A stretch of 64,000 nt of DNA from a virus (lineage: Duplodnaviria > Heunggongvirae > Uroviricota > Caudoviricetes): positions 39,743 to 103,742 of IMG/VR virus record IMGVR_UViG_3300012943_000001; one strand, 5' to 3'. The notes under the pieces were generated by a model. The model did not search any database. It saw only the letters and a list, made by a program, of their open reading frames with translations, and was not told the origin of the DNA. The position numbers were made by a program, and so were the translations under genes. Below, piece after piece: positions 62,753 to 64,000 of this stretch; within the stretch, counting starts at the first letter, position 1; every line of letters begins with the position of its first letter.

Positions 62753-63571
62753 ATGCAAATATTGGTATGGCCTGACGTTCACCATCGAGTAAGTCTCCTT
62801 CAAAAGGTATTGGAGAATCATGGAGACAAGTTTGAAAAGAGAATCTTTTTAGGCGACTGGTTTGACCAGTTTAACGACCGCACGGAAGACGCGGGGCGTA
62901 CGGCAGAGTTTTTGATTAAGTTGATGGAAGACCCCAGAAATATATTCCTTGAGGGTAATCACGACACTTCTTACAAATACGGTAACGCCGTATCCTACTG
63001 CTCAGGCTTCAGCTTTGAGAAGTTGAGGCTCATCAATTCCATTCTGGACAGAAGTCATTGGGACAAGTTCAAGCTGTTCCATATGGAAGGAAACATCATC
63101 CTCTCGCACGCGGGCGTACACCCGTATGTATTCCAGCATCCTGTTGTAGGCATCAATAAAGAGCAAATGGAAAAGGATTGCGAAGTTGCTATGCAGGCGG
63201 CAAGAAGCAACATGAAGCACCCTATTTATTCAGCAGGAATAAGCTCTGGTGGCACCGCACGATTTGGCGGCATCAACTGGCTTCGCTGGTGGGAGCTGGC
63301 CCCTATTGAAGGATTCGACCAGATTGTAGGTCACACTACAGTCGCAAAACCAGAGGTTATCTATCTTCGTAAGAAGAATAGAAAAAAGCCTGACGCTCCA
63401 GAAGAGCATTGGAGATTTAGGACCGTGAGAACGCAATGGGATAACTATGTAGAGCTTCCTCCTAAAAGAGGCGTCATCTCCATGAACTACAATATCGACA
63501 CGGACAACGCGTACTTCATCATAATCAAAGACGGAGTCGTTGACATCAAACTTACTTTAGATTACTTATGA
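62753..63571 (+). CDS. Calcineurin-like metallophosphoesterase
   Basis: PDVHH, FLGDWFD, EGNHD, SHAG, IVGHT. Confidence 0.92.
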   Translation: MQILVWPDVHHRVSLLQKVLENHGDKFEKRIFLGDWFDQFNDRTEDAGRTAEFLIKLMEDPRNIFLEGNHDTSYKYGNAVSYCSGFSFEKLRLINSILDRSHWDKFKLFHMEGNIILSHAGVHPYVFQHPVVGINKEQMEKDCEVAMQAARSNMKHPIYSAGISSGGTARFGGINWLRWWELAPIEGFDQIVGHTTVAKPEVIYLRKKNRKKPDAPEEHWRFRTVRTQWDNYVELPPKRGVISMNYNIDTDNAYFIIIKDGVVDIKLTLDYL

Positions 63572-64000
63572 GATGGACGAGAGAAGATTTGGATAAATTG
63601 AAAGAGCTAGATAGAAAAGGTTTGTCTATCAAGGGGATTGCGAAACAATTTAGAAGGCCGTGGAGAACCGTGCTCGCTAGACTTTACTACGCGAGAAAGA
63701 CAAATGGTAAAATAAAGAAAAGTAAATGCAGCGAACTAACATCATCAAATGCGGCGTATATCGCGGGAGTTATTGACGGAGAAGGATGTATAATGCTTCA
63801 GAAGAGAAAAGAAGGGACGAAATATAGTCCCATTCTTACAGTATCTAATACGTACTTTCCTCTTATAGAATTTCTCAAGAAAACAACTGGAGTGGGAGGA
63901 ACTTTACGTATATTGCTTAAAGAAGAAAATCGTAAACCTCAGTTACGTTGGACGATTACGGGTAGAGATACGATTGCCTTGCTAAAGCAAACAATAAGAT
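63568..64000 (+). mobile_element. LAGLIDADG homing endonuclease with N-terminal HTH/SANT-like domain (truncated by window end; absent from ORF track)
   Basis: My translation: MRWTREDLDKLKEL..SIKGIAKQF.R....V..RL..AAYIAGVIDGEGCI..LTVSNT..LRWTITG. Confidence 0.85.

Noticed and set aside
540-63436. The many 60-150 aa ORFs antisense to or nested in the called genes (e.g. 15109..15864 +, 62098..62679 -, 42911..43396 -)
   Set aside because: They are shadow frames of well-supported genes with no recognisable motifs or promoters.
1-64000. CRISPR array, DGR/reverse transcriptase, integrase, inteins in nrdA/nrdJ/dnaB/recA
   Set aside because: No regularly spaced DNA repeats, no RT or integrase motifs, and those proteins have normal lengths with no intein splice motifs.
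1-64000. Stop-codon reassignment
   Set aside because: Long genes are uninterrupted in code 11, and TAA, TGA and TAG all end genes with normal coupling.

Overview
The whole 64-kb window reads as a segment of a large tailed dsDNA phage genome (standard genetic code; no integrase, CRISPR array or complete tRNA seen). Layout: (i) 1-15052 (+) lambda-like tail-tip module (tape-measure C-terminus, two gpM, gpL, gpK, gpI, gpJ) plus accessory virion/fibre proteins; (ii) 15085-28017 (-) mixed block with glycosyltransferases, a Whirly-like ssDNA-binding candidate, PhoH, fibre-like genes, a sigma-70-like factor and a dNMP kinase; (iii) an AT-rich divergence point near 28.1 kb; (iv) 28258-end (+) glycan-modification island, class Ia NrdB/NrdA plus class II NrdJ, a tmRNA, a Ro60/TROVE gene, a second set of virion adhesin-like genes, and nucleotide-metabolism/replication genes (thyA, DHFR, ligase, gmd, RecA, DnaB, primase, a stand-alone PolIII PHP domain, DEDDh exonucleases), ending in a truncated LAGLIDADG gene. 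The most unusual signal is the 400-bp region before the Ro60 gene (42345-42723): one promoter-to-terminator unit holding a pseudoknot-capable structured RNA, a 47-nt CCA-ending tRNA minihelix, a U-loop hairpin and an exact 21-nt copy of 23S rRNA helix 69. My inference is a Ro60-associated cassette of tRNA/rRNA mimics or decoys. All protein calls come from recognising motifs by eye; no database search was run.
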